A stretch of 61,807 nucleotides of DNA, filler included, from Sphacelaria rigidula (GCA_964200075.2; 11 parts of 11 records of this genome joined end to end with filler, not necessarily neighbours in it), one strand, 5' to 3'; numbered from the whole stretch's first letter, positions 1 to 12,960 are shown. Notes: generated by a model from the letters alone, not told the origin. Numbers and translations: made by a program.

Positions 1-177
1 GATATCGGTAAAATGCCCCTAACTCATGGGGAAAAAAAAAAAAGCTTGCGTGCGCCAGTATCTTTTTTTCATTATGCCCTTCTCATTGTCCATACCAAAT
101 TTCAGGGTTCAACTCCAAGTATTGGCCGTATAATGGGCCTGCAAACTGCAGAATCGCTTCTCGGCTGGCCCAGCTCG
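1..177 (+). mobile_element. Right end of TA-flanked TIR element (family A, Tc1/mariner-like non-autonomous)
   Basis: Ends ...CGGCTGGCCCAGCTCG|TA. Matches the right end of the complete copy at 48223-49077 (CATACCAAATTTCAGGGT.CAACTCCAAGTATTGG). Truncated at window start. Confidence 0.8.
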
Positions 178-179
178 TA

Positions 180-1059
180 CTGAAATTTTGAGTAGATCGA
201 GTACGACCTGCACTACTCTACTCGAATATTGAGCAAGCACTCTCAGTAATACTTGAGTATAGGGTATCACTTGGGTATGATGATTAATGTGACCGTCGGC
301 GACTTGGTGACATCATGTCACGGACTATGTTGAATACATGGGCGAACGATGGCCATCAATTAGATGAGTGGCGGTACGGCACGGGCTACAATGAGTATGA
401 GCGAATGATGGCTATAAAAAAACAGAAAAAGCGTGCAGGTGAATGAACCCACCTGCCCCAGCTCACCTGCCCCCACCCATGGCAGTACATACTTCATACC
501 TCTCAAACCCTTCGATATCACTTTCAGTACAGAGCGCTACCCATCATCATTGAGTAATCGAGTAGACGGGTGGTTGGGCAGGTATTATCAAAATGAGCGC
601 CTCTACTGGCCGCACATGTGACTCCTCCATGGGAGAGTTAGCGGTGGTTTTCAGGTCCGGCCTAAGATACCCTACTCAACTTTCGGGTTGATCGGGTATG
701 CCCTCAAATACTCTACTCAAATTTTGAGTAGATCGAGTACGACCTCAAATACTCTACTCAATATTGAGCAGATCGAGTACGACCTCCAATACTCCACTCA
801 GTATGAAGTAAGCACTCTCAGTAATACTTGAGTATAGAGTATCACGTGGGTATGACCTCAGCACTCTACTCAAATTTTGAGTAGGTCGAGTACGGCCTCA
901 AGTACTCTACTCAAATATTGAGTAAGCACTCTCAGTAATACTCAAGTATAGAGTATCACTTGGGTATGACCTCAAATACTCTACTCAGAATTTGAGTACT
1001 ACAAGTAGGACTCTTCGCAAATATTGAGTATCGAGTATACTCTACTCGACCTGCCCTTG
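180..1059. mobile_element. hAT-like non-autonomous element with internal tandem subrepeats (family B), interrupted by about 280-655
   Basis: Degenerate TACTCTACTCAA/TTGAGTAGATCGAGTAC subrepeats. Ends CTACTCGACCTGCCCTTG, the reverse complement of the TIR at 23801 and the same terminus as 13833. Confidence 0.75.
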
Positions 1060-1370
1060 AACTCTTGGGACACGAAGATATTATTCAGAGATAACCCGTT
1101 CTCCTTTTTTTTGTCTCTTTGGACTTTCAAACATCGTCGACGATGATTAAACCCAACCGAAAAAGAATCGAAACGAGGCAGAAGACACTCATCCTACACA
1201 ACGGAAAAGATAACCGTGAAGCTCCACCAACTCTCCTTCCGAGAAATCTACGCGAAATGATGAGACGCACGCTTCGACTGTTGTGAAATGCATCGAGTTT
1301 TGGCCCCGGAAGACGCTTCGTGTGATGCATCCATTTCATGCCTGCCGTTTTCGATAACCACATACACCAG

Positions 1371-1697
1371 TCGAATCTGAAAGAAGGCGTCGATGCAGTG
1401 ATGGGTGCCCTGGACGAGGTGGCTGAAGAGGCATCTACTAAAGCCGGTGACGCCAAGGATTCAGCTGTGGAAGCAGTCGCAGAGCAGACTGCGACGGGTG
1501 CGGAAAGGGCGGCTGCCGCGGAGGCATCCGCCCAGGAAGTCGTAAATGACGCTTCAGAGGTGGTGTCGAAGGGAGAGGATGCCACAGTAGAAGTCATCAA
1601 TGAGCTTGAAAAGCAGGCGGTCGAGGCCGTTGACCAGGCGGAGGCTCTTACGGAAGAAGAGGGGCAGGAGGCAGCCGCCGCTAGCAAAGAGTTGTGA
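1371..1697 (+). CDS. Probable terminal exon of an Ala/Glu-rich acidic protein ending ...AAAASKEL*
   Basis: CAG acceptor at 1368-1370 in frame with ORF 1338-1697; coding-like codon usage; stop TGA. No family recognised. Confidence 0.6.
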   Translation, partial: SNLKEGVDAVMGALDEVAEEASTKAGDAKDSAVEAVAEQTATGAERAAAAEASAQEVVNDASEVVSKGEDATVEVINELEKQAVEAVDQAEALTEEEGQEAAAASKEL

Positions 1698-3149
1698 TGC
1701 GTGTATGAGGGTAGTCATTGCTGGTGGTTTCTGTCATGCCACCAGCGGTTTGCACACACAACGGCTTTGACGCGGATTTTGAAAATGGGTATCGTACTTG
1801 GTTCAAGCGTCGCGAATATTGGGTGGTTATCCGTTCTGTGTACTGTATCGCTCTGCGACCCACTCCCAGGGGTATCCTTAGTTCTTTTGTTCGAACATTT
1901 TTGTCTTGTGCCTCATGCATGACCCATTCACCGTCATATTTGTGTGTAGTCGCACTCATCATTTTGCAACCACGTCGAAGTTTTTGGCATATTTGCGCGT
2001 GTCCCAGGTAGAAGCTCCCTCTGTTTTTTCTTGTTGTCATGTTGAGTATTGGGCTATATCATATTGGCAACTCGTGGGCTTGTCGATGCAAGCCGCGGTG
2101 TTTCTTGTTGTAAAAGTACCATGGTAGAGAAGTGTTGCTGACTGAAGCTTTCTCGGGAGCCGATATGCTTGATCCATGTGCGAGAATCGTGTGCTAGGTT
2201 GGGTATTGCGCGCGTATCTTTCCACATACGAGCTAGACTTCGTGCGAGGCGGCCGATGCCTTGCAGTAAGTCAGCAGCAAGAATTTTGTGTAGACATACA
2301 TTAGGCCACCGAGCACCGCGAGTGTACATGGGGGAAGTTTGTGTGGTGTTTTGGGCACGCGTGTGCAAACGTTTGTGAGGGTAGGATTTGGCACTTAGAG
2401 CAGAGGTTCATGAAGGCAAGGAAACGCACACAATTGCGAGATGTACAGCTGGACTAAATATGTTCGCTCTCCCCAATTGATGATTTTACTGTGAAAACAG
2501 ACCAATGCCGCGTGCACGTTTCGATAGACTGCATAGACTGCGCAGGTTGAACTCTTGCATTCTGATTGGTGTAGGGGGAGTGATGATAGTGGCACGCAAT
2601 TTTCTGATTGACTGAAAGAAAAAAAAAATGAAAAGTGATGGGCCGATGTTTCTTGGTCGACGGCTGACGTCAATCATGACCCTTTGGAGCGAATGGACGT
2701 TCGAACATGGGCATGGATGACGCCAACAGGTAGAGTTGGGTCCTTTGCCAGGCTTTTTGTGGGGGAGAGGGAAATATATCGGAAACTAATTCACCGAACG
2801 AAGTATGACATGAGTGAAAGAAGTGGCACGCAGGTTTCGAATTGGTGGGGAAAGTTGCCAACAAACGTCGGGCACCTCATGAGCTACCTGTACACTTCTG
2901 CTTAGTATACGGATCCGGATCGAGAGCTAGCTAATTTGGCCTCCTTTTGCCATATTTGCTTCCTACAGTGCGGACGCCGAGCCTGCGGAGAAGCGCGAAG
3001 GTAGCGCTTTGGATCTCGAACCCCGGTGTCACGTATTTTGTGTTCTTCGACAACGGATCTGATGGTTCGAGAGGAGGAAAAAAATGTTACATGTCTTCAT
3101 CTTTTTTTCCCTCATATATTAAATCGCTTCTTTTGTGGAGTTCAAGTTT

Positions 3150-3401
3150 TCAAGGGTGGGACAAATCAATGATTCGTCTGGAAATTAGTTGGTTCTAGTG
3201 TAATTGATTCGAATCGTACGAATCAATCCCCTAGGCTTTGTTTTCGGCGTTGCAATCCAGGTACACGCAGCCCAGACACAAGGAATGGCGCAAAAGTTTC
3301 GTGGATATTCCTTGGGCCAGCTGTCAACTTTTTTCTCCCTTTTGGGTAATCAGGCCGAAGAAATCGTGGATTTGGTGATACGAACCCGTGATGATTCGTC
3401 C
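3150..3401 (+). repeat. Dispersed repeat; inverted copy at about 11381-11630
   Basis: TTCTAGTGTAATTGATTCG...AAATCGTGGATTTGGTGATACGAACC...GATGATTCGTCC matches the reverse complement of 11381-11630 on a different contig. Confidence 0.75.
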
Positions 3402-3508
3402 TAACCGTGCAAGTTTTGCACGCCAACTAGAAGGCATGACTTTCCGGAGGCGGGGCTGTACTTGGTCATCAACTTCGGACTTACAGATTTTGCGCAAGAG
3501 CTATACTT

Positions 3509-3746
3509 CGGTAGGGGTTGCACACTTGGGCCGAGATCTCTCTCATTCAGGGGTTCCTAACGTGAGGAGCTACAGCAGATGAAAATGGGTCAAGACACTC
3601 ACGTTTTCAAACTCATTCGAGACATCGGTACCCCCATTGGAATGCTAATCGTGGCGTGCTCTCATATGTTTCATGAGTCGTTTTTTGGATTAGATACAGG
3701 ACTCCTGACAGTTCAAACCCCAGAAGATATTCGTGCACCCCTACCG
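3509..3746. mobile_element. MITE with CGGTAGGGG(T)GCAC TIRs (family C)
   Basis: CGGTAGGGGTTGCAC...GTGCACCCCTACCG|TA. Same termini and subterminal sequence as 38773-38990. Confidence 0.7.
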
Positions 3747-4543
3747 TAGCACCACTCGGTGCCTTTCACGGTTTCTGGTTGCTAAATTAATGATTGGTTG
3801 ATCTTATTGCTGGGCGTAGCTCTGGATTTACCTCGCCATCTTCCTTTTTGCTGCGAGAGTCTTCGTACTGTTTTGAGTTTTGCAAACATCAGGCTTACGG
3901 ATGATTCCGTGTTGTTCGAATGTATAAGCGTAAATTACAGCCGTGCGTTGCCACTCGCTCAAGAAAAACACACACCAAACAAACCAGCGTGCATTACCGT
4001 GGTGGCTGGTTCCGATACCAATTATGACCACTAGGGTGACCCGTGAAGATCCCAATAAAATCGTGCGCGCATACTATACGTAAGTAACCACTGAGCTGAC
4101 AGTCAGCGCTCACTGTTAGCTCAGTGCTCATCTATACTCCTAACAATAGTATAATCCAGGGGGCCGCTAAGCCGTCAGGCTACTGGGCCGTGGATTTCGC
4201 CAAGGCTGAGTAGGCCGTGGATAATGTCGAATGCAGACTATTGTAGGGTTTCCGGACCACGCCGCGCTAGCGTGTTCATATACAAAAATGAACAGCCCGC
4301 ATCGCATCCAAGTTGCACCTCTGGAATTGCTTGCCGCTGCGCTGTCAGTGCTGCTCTAACCTTCCTTCCGGACTACTTGCAGTTTTTCCGCAGCTTCTAT
4401 TTCGTCGTATTCGAACATATAAATAATATCCTGTTGAGGCGCTGACTTGCTTGACAACGGTCAGTGCCAGCTGCAAATTAAACCACTCCGACTGGTGACG
4501 GACCTCTTGTTGCAGAATACACTGCAAGCAGCAACAGGGGCGA

Positions 4544-4644
4544 ATGCGAAACAGCGGTCAGGAGCAATCGTCAACCACGACGTGTAGGTTCGTCGTCATC
4601 GGTGGTGGAATCGCAGGATCAACATGCGCCATCGAACTCAAAAG
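4544..4644 (+). CDS. PYROXD1: First coding exon of a FAD-dependent pyridine nucleotide-disulfide oxidoreductase, PYROXD1-like
   Basis: MRNSGQEQSSTTTCRFVVIGGGIAGSTCAIELK, then AG|GT donor at 4645. GxGxxG Rossmann motif resembles the PYROXD1 N-terminus (FVVVGGGIAGVTCA). Too short for the ORF track; other flavoprotein families are not excluded. Confidence 0.55.
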
Positions 4645-4955
4645 GTGGTTAATGAGCTGAAAAGAGCTACAGTAGTAGTTCAACGCCACAGACAGTAGTT
4701 AGAAGTAGACACCATGTGGTACCATCGTATACTACGCTGCGGCGAAACTGACTGCCCGCAGGCTGTTTTACTGACCGAAGGACGTGCGTCGTGTGCGGAT
4801 AAACTTCTGTACAGCATTGCGCCATCGGACGGCAAGACGAAAGGGTTGGCAACGCTGTAGGGCCATGTCTCATCGTGACCCGAAAAATCGGTTTCCAAAA
4901 CCAGTTTGATCTCTGATTGATAGTGGCGATACCACGACCCTCCGCCCCCCCCCCC

Positions 4956-5127
4956 AAGGAGGGGGATAAGATATTATGTGAAAGGTTTTTGTGTAATGTA
5001 TGGAAGAAGAAACGTGAGGAGCTACGGAAGAAAACGGAATAAGCGCCGGAATGTTGGAGGTGTCTCTATTAGGAGTAGGAACAGTGCTCGGTCTCGAAAG
5101 GGATGCGTGGTCAACGGTCAAACGACT
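4956..5127 (+). mobile_element. 5'-truncated LINE 3' fragment
   Basis: Aligns to about 27770-27911 of the LINE (AAGGTTTTTGTGTA...CTCGAAAGGGATGCGTGGTCAACGGTCAAACGACT). Starts directly after a C11 run. Confidence 0.8.
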
Positions 5128-5481
5128 ACTGTAGTATTCCACAACGACACTACAGTGTGAAGCTATACTAACAACACAAGAGGGGTCAGGCAGGCGGCGA
5201 AGACTACGACCAAAGAAAAAAGCACGTTGTTTGTGCCGATGTTATCTATGGTCGCATGGTCAGGACCAAAATGGAAAATGCGGCTAGACTGCGATGTATT
5301 ACTAGTGCATCTCAGTTCATCTCAGATGACCATTCTGATCAATCCCAGCTCTCAAAATGGTCACTCCGCTTCTCTCGGGCCTCGTTTGTGGCTTGGAATT
5401 TTCCGTGGGAAACTTCCAACACGCATGGTTGACTTCGTGAGCTTTTCAACTATAATGTGAGCCACACCCCACACTCCTGTC

Positions 5482-5519
<38 letters not shown>

Positions 5520-5529
5520 AGCCCACAAC

Positions 5530-5629
5530 NNNNNNNNNNNNNNNNNNNNNNNNNNNNNNNNNNNNNNNNNNNNTTAATTAATTAANNNNNNNNNNNNNNN
5601 NNNNNNNNNNNNNNNNNNNNNNNNNNNNN
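5530..5629. other. Artificial contig linker
   Basis: N44-TTAATTAATTAA-N44 (stop codons in all six frames). Confidence 0.98.
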
Positions 5630-5707
5630 AATGTTGGAGGTGTCTCTATTGGGAGTAGGAACGGTGCTCCGCCTCGAAAGGGATGCGTGGTCAATGGTCA
5701 AACGACT
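5630..5707 (+). mobile_element. LINE 3' fragment at contig start
   Basis: ATGTTGGAGGTGTCTCTATT...CTCGAAAGGGATGCGTGGTCAATGGTCAAACGACT, same family as 27834-27911. Confidence 0.8.
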
Positions 5708-6039
5708 CGATGCTGTCGCTCACACCACCATCACCGGGATCCTCACAACCGTCGCGCTCTGCGATGCCGTCACCGTCGCCGACATGAGATTCAGCTCCGC
5801 CGTCGTCGACGGGGAGCCAGTGTACTGGAAGGTCGAATTCTCGCTCCCCCGTCTCCTTCAGGCGCCGCACGGAATCCTTCTGTTCATCTTTTGCTCTCTG
5901 AGCGCCTGTGTCGTCTGGGAAGATGGAAGGGGACACGGGCTTAAGAGCGTCAACAATAATAAAGAAAGATCGAGGTGACACTGCCGCCAGCGGGATTGAC
6001 CACCCCAGAAAAGTCGGTGGGCAAGGAACAAGCTCGATT

Positions 6040-7170
6040 GCGGAAGGATCGTATGAATCGTCTAATCAAGGGGAAGGTACCCATCTGCTCAAAAATCTGG
6101 GCCATTTTTTCTCTCGTCGAGTAAACCTCATGTATAGTAATTCCTATACCTAGCCGAGATAGCGTCCACACTAAAATCTATATGAAACCCCGAACGATCG
6201 ATCAACCAGATGATGACGATTTTCGGTGTGGACCTTCCCTGGAGCACGGGGAGACGATAGATACCCTCACTTTCACCTAATTCGTTATCCACCTCGAGGA
6301 ATGGCGCACACAATAATCCATACTAAAATCAGTATATTACGGGCAGAGGCACTAAATGACCTAAATCTGGATATCGCGTCTCAGTTTTTGAGAGTTGTGC
6401 TATGAAATTTGATACGGAGAACTGCTAGTGCATAATGAAATAAGAACACAGCTTTTCCGGGGTTTTTTTCGTTTTTTTCTCATCTTTTTTCGTGTTCTTA
6501 GGGGGGTTTTGAGGAGAAATGAACATTGCTCTTGGACCTTATCTGACTTTTTTCAGCTCAATTTTTAGAGCTGTGACTTGAAACTTGGCATGGAGAACAA
6601 CAAAGGCATACTGCGTAAAAACAAAATGGGCCTTCATTTTTTCTTTTTCATGAGAAGTTCGGGCGTTCTCGTAAAAAAAAATCGTTACTATACTAAAACG
6701 CCCTCAATCAGTGAAAAATAATAATAAAACCCAACCTCATCCATTTTTCTCGGTTTATCACGACCTAGGAAGGTCCCGCACAAAGTTTCAACCCACAAAC
6801 ACCAAACGTGGACCGATAAACGGCCTGCAAAATACTGTTCCGAATTTCCGCCGCCTCGGTTTTTCAAAGGTGAGTTCGCAATTTTTTTCTTGGAGTTGGA
6901 AAGTGAAATTTGGTATGGACAACCAACAGGGCATCAAGAAAAGCTGTCTGTGAGGTCCTGGCGATATTTTTCTCTCGAATTAAGGTAAAAAAACGAGTAC
7001 TTTTAGTGAAATGCCCTTAACTCACGAAAAAAAAAAACGTTGGGACCTCACAGACAGCTTTTCTCCATGCCCTTTTGATCGTCCATACCAAATTTCAGTT
7101 TCCAACTCTAAGAAAAAAATTGCGAGTTCGCCTGCAAAGTATAAATCCAGTTGTAGGCTGGCCCAGCCTG
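6040..7170 (+). mobile_element. Family A TIR element, longer diverged copy
   Basis: 6040-6230 matches 48300-48490 and 6470-7130 matches 47420-48099. Ends TAGGCTGGCCCAGCCTG|TA. Left boundary approximate. Confidence 0.7.
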
Positions 7171-9706
7171 TAGTCGGGTGCTGTGGTCAGAAAAGACTCG
7201 CAAGGCGGACGCGTGCAGGTTGGGGCGATCAAACTGAGACAGCACGGAGCTGCTGTATCCCAAGCGGTTGATGGTCGCAGCTGTCTGCCTTTATGTCTTA
7301 TGTGATAGTCCTTTCCCTTATTTCAGACGGGTCCTCCTTTTTTGACGAGTGCCGATTTCTAAGCGCTCGGCGATGATCGCGCTTCGCGCAAAAATCTTGT
7401 ATTTCACCTCGAGTCACCCCTATCTGTGGGAGGTGCAGGGTGAGCCAGATTTTCAGACAGTTGTACAGATGTTCATCACTACTTTTTGAAAACGTTGGAC
7501 AGTGTTACCCAAGGTCGGCCTTCCGAGAAGTGCGTGCCCCGTTGTGCTGGACAGTGTTGGAGAGTTGGTAGGTGCATAGCCAGTGACGATTGAAGCTATG
7601 CCGAGAGCAGAAAGCGGCGCGGATCTGCTGTAATCGCCCCCACAAGCCGGCGGAGGAGAGCATATCAACACGGTCGTGGCGCACCCTCGACAGTACAGTA
7701 GACTATATGAATAAAAGTGTACTGCGTACAACAGTGCAGGAGCGGAAATACTGTTTCTCAGGTACCCGGTACACTTTTTCCCCCCGATGTGGGATGTTGC
7801 CCAGGGTGTCTCGTTTTTCAAAGCTGTGACCTCGGGAGTTGCCCAAGTCTCAGAGTTAGTCAGCAAACCTCATATGTAGTCGCATGTCTCTGTAAATGCT
7901 TTGGGGATCCAAAATCAATCAATCGCCGCTGTGTTGACACACTGCGGTTTTACGTTGTTCGCGCTAATCGTTGTTGTGAACAGTCAGCACTGTCTGTTGG
8001 CTGTGCTCCAGTCAACTAATTATCGGCACCCAGTACTCTTCTCTACACTCGGTTTCATGACGTGTGAGCTATTTCGTCTCGAGTCAAACGAACAAGGCGT
8101 TTACCAAACCCATCATTTGTGTGCTGTAGTTGTCGCTGTGCTGTTGAGCATGTAAACACTTTACGACGATCACGGTGCGATGTGCGCTAGAGAGTGCCTG
8201 AACACTTGAAGTGCTGCATGCTGTATTTCGGTCTGCAAACAAATGGGGTAGGATCTGAGTACGGTATTTATCGCCCTTTGGAGGAATCATACTTTGTTTA
8301 GGACTGAACACGGATAATCATACACTTTATACATCACGACCTGCTGTCTGTTACCTCGAGTTTACCTGAACGCTCCGCAAATATAGAGAAAATACTACTG
8401 GAGAAACCCTCACGAATTTACACCCACCCGCGCTCGAGCACGGACAAAGGCAGTAAGTATGTATCAGATTCTTCTAGGTTACGGTGTATCTTCGCTTGAC
8501 TCAGCGGCAGGGAACAGTGAGCGTGCATCATTTTGCACGGAACACAGTCTACTGCACGCTACTGGTGTCTCTGCTTCGTGTTCCACAACAACACTACAGT
8601 AAGTAGTGTGAAGCTATGTTGGCAACACAAGAGGGGTCAGGTGCCCATGTGATTCATGACTTGTGCAAAGTTGTGATCAAAATGAGTCTCCTACTGTAGT
8701 CTACAACAACTTCTGTGCAAACCGGATACACGTCACACCAATCGCTGTCTGTGTCAAGTTGTGCCCAACATACTATTTCTTTGTGCATAATATGTTGCTG
8801 TGCTGGCTTCGAGAAATCCACTGCCACACCATTACCTGTTCATCCGCCATGTTCTGGGCGTGTGCTCTGGTGTTTGCACAAGCAGCGAGGTGGCTAGTGT
8901 GGTGTGTGTTGTCGGGAGGACGGTTACACGTTACACGTCACGCCTGTTGGCCAATAGCGTCTCGTAATAAAAGTCCAAACCGAGCGAAATGCAACCATCG
9001 GACTTTGGACTGACCTTTGACTTCGGGGGAATTCTAAAGTCCAAGTCCTGACCCGAATTTGGTCTTCGCAAACACCGTTCGATCGAAAAAGTGGGGTGGA
9101 AAAAAAATATTCCGATCTGGCATGTCGTGATTTCTCCACCATCTTCAAAATAAACTGCGACCATCATAGTCGAAATCATGACTTATCATATTGAAGTTTT
9201 TCTTTTCGACTTCACATTTCCATGGAAAAAACATGTGTATAGTCACGCCCTGACAATCGCAATTTATGTTGACGATGATATTTGAAGTACGACCGGTCAG
9301 ATCGTAATCTTTGTTTTTCACCGCACTTTTTCGATCGAAAAATGATGTGCCAGGACCCGGGTCTTGATCATTCTCACCTGCGCCAACCATAAACTTCCCC
9401 AGAACGTTTCTGACCCGGCTGTATCTCGGGAGAACATCCCTCACCCCCCATTGATCTCCTGGTACATATGAGGAAAAGTACTCGGGTTATCTCTTCGCCC
9501 CATGGCTCTATTACCCCGCTTTGCGTTTCTCGGCAATAATACTCCTCCGACACAGTCAGCCGGAAAACACCGAGGTGGTCCAATTGTACATTTGTGATTG
9601 CAAAACCGTGATCGAGAGGACGACACATCCTCCTTGCACGCCTACTGTTGTGTCTGAGTGCTATCCGTTCGGGTTGCACTGTGCCGCCCTGTGGCTGACA
9701 GAAGTG

Positions 9707-9849
9707 ATGGCAAGCGTTGACGTAGAGATCCCAGCGCATCAGGACGGCGAGCTACCTACGACGGTGTTCGCATACACCACGAACAAGAGCTGTGAGGCCT
9801 GTTCTCGTGCGAAGAAAAGGTGTCACAGTGATGGCGTCAACCCATGCAG
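9707..9849 (+). CDS. Exon of a Zn(II)2Cys6 (GAL4-type binuclear cluster) transcription factor, first four Cys
   Basis: MASVDVEIP...NKSCEACSRAKKRCHSDGVNPC fits C-x2-C-x6-C-x7-C. CAG acceptor at 9699-9701 and AG|GTACAG donor at 9850. The exon with the remaining CxxxxxxC was not found in this contig. Confidence 0.65.
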
Positions 9850-11157
9850 GTACAGTAGGCCACTATAGCATTGCACTTGGCTTGAAAACACGGGGCGCCG
9901 ATACAACGGCGCCGTCGGAATGGTGTCGACCTCAGCCACGGTGACACATGAGAAATGATACGGAGCAGGAATGTACCAGCTGTACTCTGCTATAAATTTC
10001 AGTACCATGATTCCACAACCCACTCACTTAACATAGTACGAAGCACCTCCTGCATGTACCTCGTGTTGCGTTTGGACAATGCATTGGAGCTGTCGTTTTG
10101 TCGGTAGCACTCCTCAAGGCGTTCCGGCATACCGTAGGACCAAAACTAAACACCAGAACCCCTGAAGTGGACAACGACCGCGAGGAGGGTAGCCCATCCG
10201 GATCATGCATACTTTTCCCCACTGAAATTGATGCCTTTCGACAGATGGCGCACTCTCGGCGTTCAAATTTCAAATTACTATACTTTGAGCAGGAGGCCCG
10301 CGCGGTGAGGGCAGGGATGATTTCCAAGTCTTCTTTTTGCCGTTCACACTTCTAACCTCTCCCCTTGCTCTGGACGAGCCCTTAGTCTCAAGAGATCAAC
10401 TCATTCATCCTCCGGTACACGCTTTGTACCGCGGGTTGAATTAGCACCTCTCAGGGAGAGAACTGTCGTCTAACAACCTCAGCCAAAAAGACAGCAGACT
10501 CTTTTGCTACCCAACATGTACTCATACTTTCAACGATGGATACGAGAAAGCGGCCTAACTAGACGCATCTGGCGGGCATCGAACCAGCGTTTTCCCTGCC
10601 CTAATGGTGACTGTGGCAGCATCAGAGTGCCAGGGCGCGGCGGGAAAGGAGCAACACCAGGCTTCTCATGTGGTCCCCAACCGTAGTATTACCCCGGCCC
10701 GATGATACTCGACTTCGCAGGGCGGGCGGAATGAATAGTATCGATATTGTCCCGTGAAAGTCCCGTATAGGGGAGGCGTGATACGAGGGTTCCTCAGCTG
10801 GATGTGCCCTTCACGTATCTATGGTGAAGGTTTTCGACATATCAGGTCTACGTCACTCCGTTCCCCGTTCTCCAACGAAGGCAGTCTTGTCGGTAGAGCA
10901 ACAGACGTTACCAACTGGTCGGAAAAAATGGTTGAAATTAAAACGTACTCGTTCTAGTGTGAGTCGGGGCGATGGATGAAACCAACAGATACAGATGAGC
11001 AGTGGTGAGCAGTAGACCCAGCTTGTCCAGAACGTGTCTTGTCCCAAAATCGGCTGAAAGGCATCTATTTGAGCTCTGGAAACGCACACTGTGCCTATGG
11101 AGCACTTTTCACCCCCCTCGCCCGAGGGTTCTCGGTATGTCTTCGTCGTGGTCAGGG

Positions 11158-11257
11158 NNNNNNNNNNNNNNNNNNNNNNNNNNNNNNNNNNNNNNNNNNN
11201 NTTAATTAATTAANNNNNNNNNNNNNNNNNNNNNNNNNNNNNNNNNNNNNNNNNNNN
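11158..11257. other. Artificial contig linker
   Basis: N44-TTAATTAATTAA-N44. Confidence 0.98.
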
Positions 11258-11380
11258 CTTGCACTCTGTGACCACGGGTTCGAGAGATCGAGCTAATGTG
11301 ATGGATATAATATAATAACATGCGTAGCCACTCATGCGTGAGCGTCGTCCCCCTGTTATAGATGGGTTATTGAACGATTC

Positions 11381-11630
11381 GGACGAATCATCGCCGGTTC
11401 GTATCACCAAATCCACGATTTTTCAGGTCTAATTGCTCAAGAAAAAGAAAAAAGTTGACTGGTGGTCAAAGAGGTCTCCACGCAATTTTTGCGTCATCAC
11501 ACGTGCCTGGGCTGCTGCGCGTACCTGGGTTTCAACGCTCAAAACAATGCCCAAGGATTGATTCGTATGGTACGAATCAATTACACTAGAATCAAGTAAT
11601 TTACAGACAAACCATGAATTTGTCCGGCCC
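11381..11630 (-). repeat. Dispersed repeat, copy of 3150-3401
   Basis: Reverse-complement similarity to 3150-3401 over about 250 bp. Confidence 0.75.
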
Positions 11631-12355
11631 TTAGATTGTTGCCTACGGAAATACGAAGAGTACGCGTCAAACGATGGTGACGGTGCGGTGTACGGCACTC
11701 ATGCTTCTACGCTTCATGTGCTAGTGGCACCCGCCGCGACCCTGCAGGAATCGCAATACGGCCGGATATTTTCAGCTTTTGGGCTCTAGGTTCCTCGAGA
11801 AGATGATGTTGGACGAGTAATAACGAAAAGAGGATGACGAGGCAGAAATCGTCCACAGTAGCTTAGTAGCTGAAAATATAGCCAGGGTTAGCACCCAAGG
11901 ATGTAATTGATTGATTGATTGATTGTTGCACTTGAACTGACCACCCATGGACCCACCCGTGGTCGCATGATGGACGTACCCAAGAAAAGCAAGAGTCAAG
12001 CACTCGTTCAAGAAAATGAAGGAGCAGAAAGAAGTCGAACAGAACGACATAGCAGATTAAGACGTGAATAAAAATACAGAAAGAGAGAGAAAGAAGAAGC
12101 ATCGAAAGCAAAGCACAGAAAGAGATGGCCGACCTGAAAAAAAAAAAGGAGCAGAAGAAAAACCAAATGGAACAAAATAGTGAAGAAAAGGGAAAATTTG
12201 AAAACGGCAGAACTCCGTGCCTGCTCCGACCGTGAGTGGGCGATGTTGAATCTACATGATCCATACATACACCGGCTAGTCAAGAAAGTATTGTCATTGT
12301 ATTGTGCTCGCTCATGCTGAGATGGCCATCTTAAGCATGGAGCTCTCGCACCTAC

Positions 12356-12356
<1 letters not shown>

Positions 12357-12398
<42 letters not shown>
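12357..12398. repeat. (GCT)14 microsatellite
   Basis: Perfect trinucleotide run. Confidence 0.95.
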
Positions 12399-12401
<3 letters not shown>

Positions 12402-12536
12402 ACCATTTGCTCGGCTGCGCTGTCGTGGCTGCAAGTGTCGTTGGAACTGAAGGCAGACGTTGCTCACTTGAGATCAATCGGATTAAGGACGTCGTTGTTG
12501 GCCCTCGTGTCCATTTGGAGTCCATTCACACCTTTC

Positions 12537-12960
12537 AAAGACGGAATTTTTCAAATTGAGAATAGATTTTTCTTGTGGATGAACCTTGGGAGCCGTACTG
12601 TAGTAAGCGTCGAAATATTATCGAGAACAAGGCGCAGATTTAGCTATCCGGCCGTGATGTGTGGCCTCGCTCATCCTAGAAAATAGAATCCATCTGCAAC
12701 CTGTAGAATCCCGTCTTGACAGTGGGTTCTGACAAATGAGGATAGTGTTTAGTACGGTAATGAACAGAGGTCGGAATCGTTGGGTAAAATCACAGGATTT
12801 TACAAATCGCGAATGGGTTCTTGTGAGGATGAGCAATGCCACTCATCAAGGCCACAGAGTGCATTCGGGTTGTTGTTTCGACAGTACTTCGACGCTTGTG
12901 AAGGTTCCCAAGGCTCATCCTTGAAACAAAATCCATCCTCGAGTTAAAAAATCCCATGTT
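12537..12960. mobile_element. MITE-like element with about 55-bp imperfect TIRs
   Basis: GAATTTTTCAAATTGAGAATAGATTTT...GGATGAACCTTGGGAGCC is inverted relative to GGTTCCCAAGGCTCATCC...AAAATCCATCCTCGAGTTAAAAAATCC. No clear TSD. Confidence 0.55.

Noticed and set aside
661..1059. CRISPR-like repeat arrays (also 23801-24529 and 17100-17320)
   Set aside because: Repeats are degenerate and contiguous with no unique spacers, mostly bounded by TIRs, in a eukaryotic context with no cas genes.
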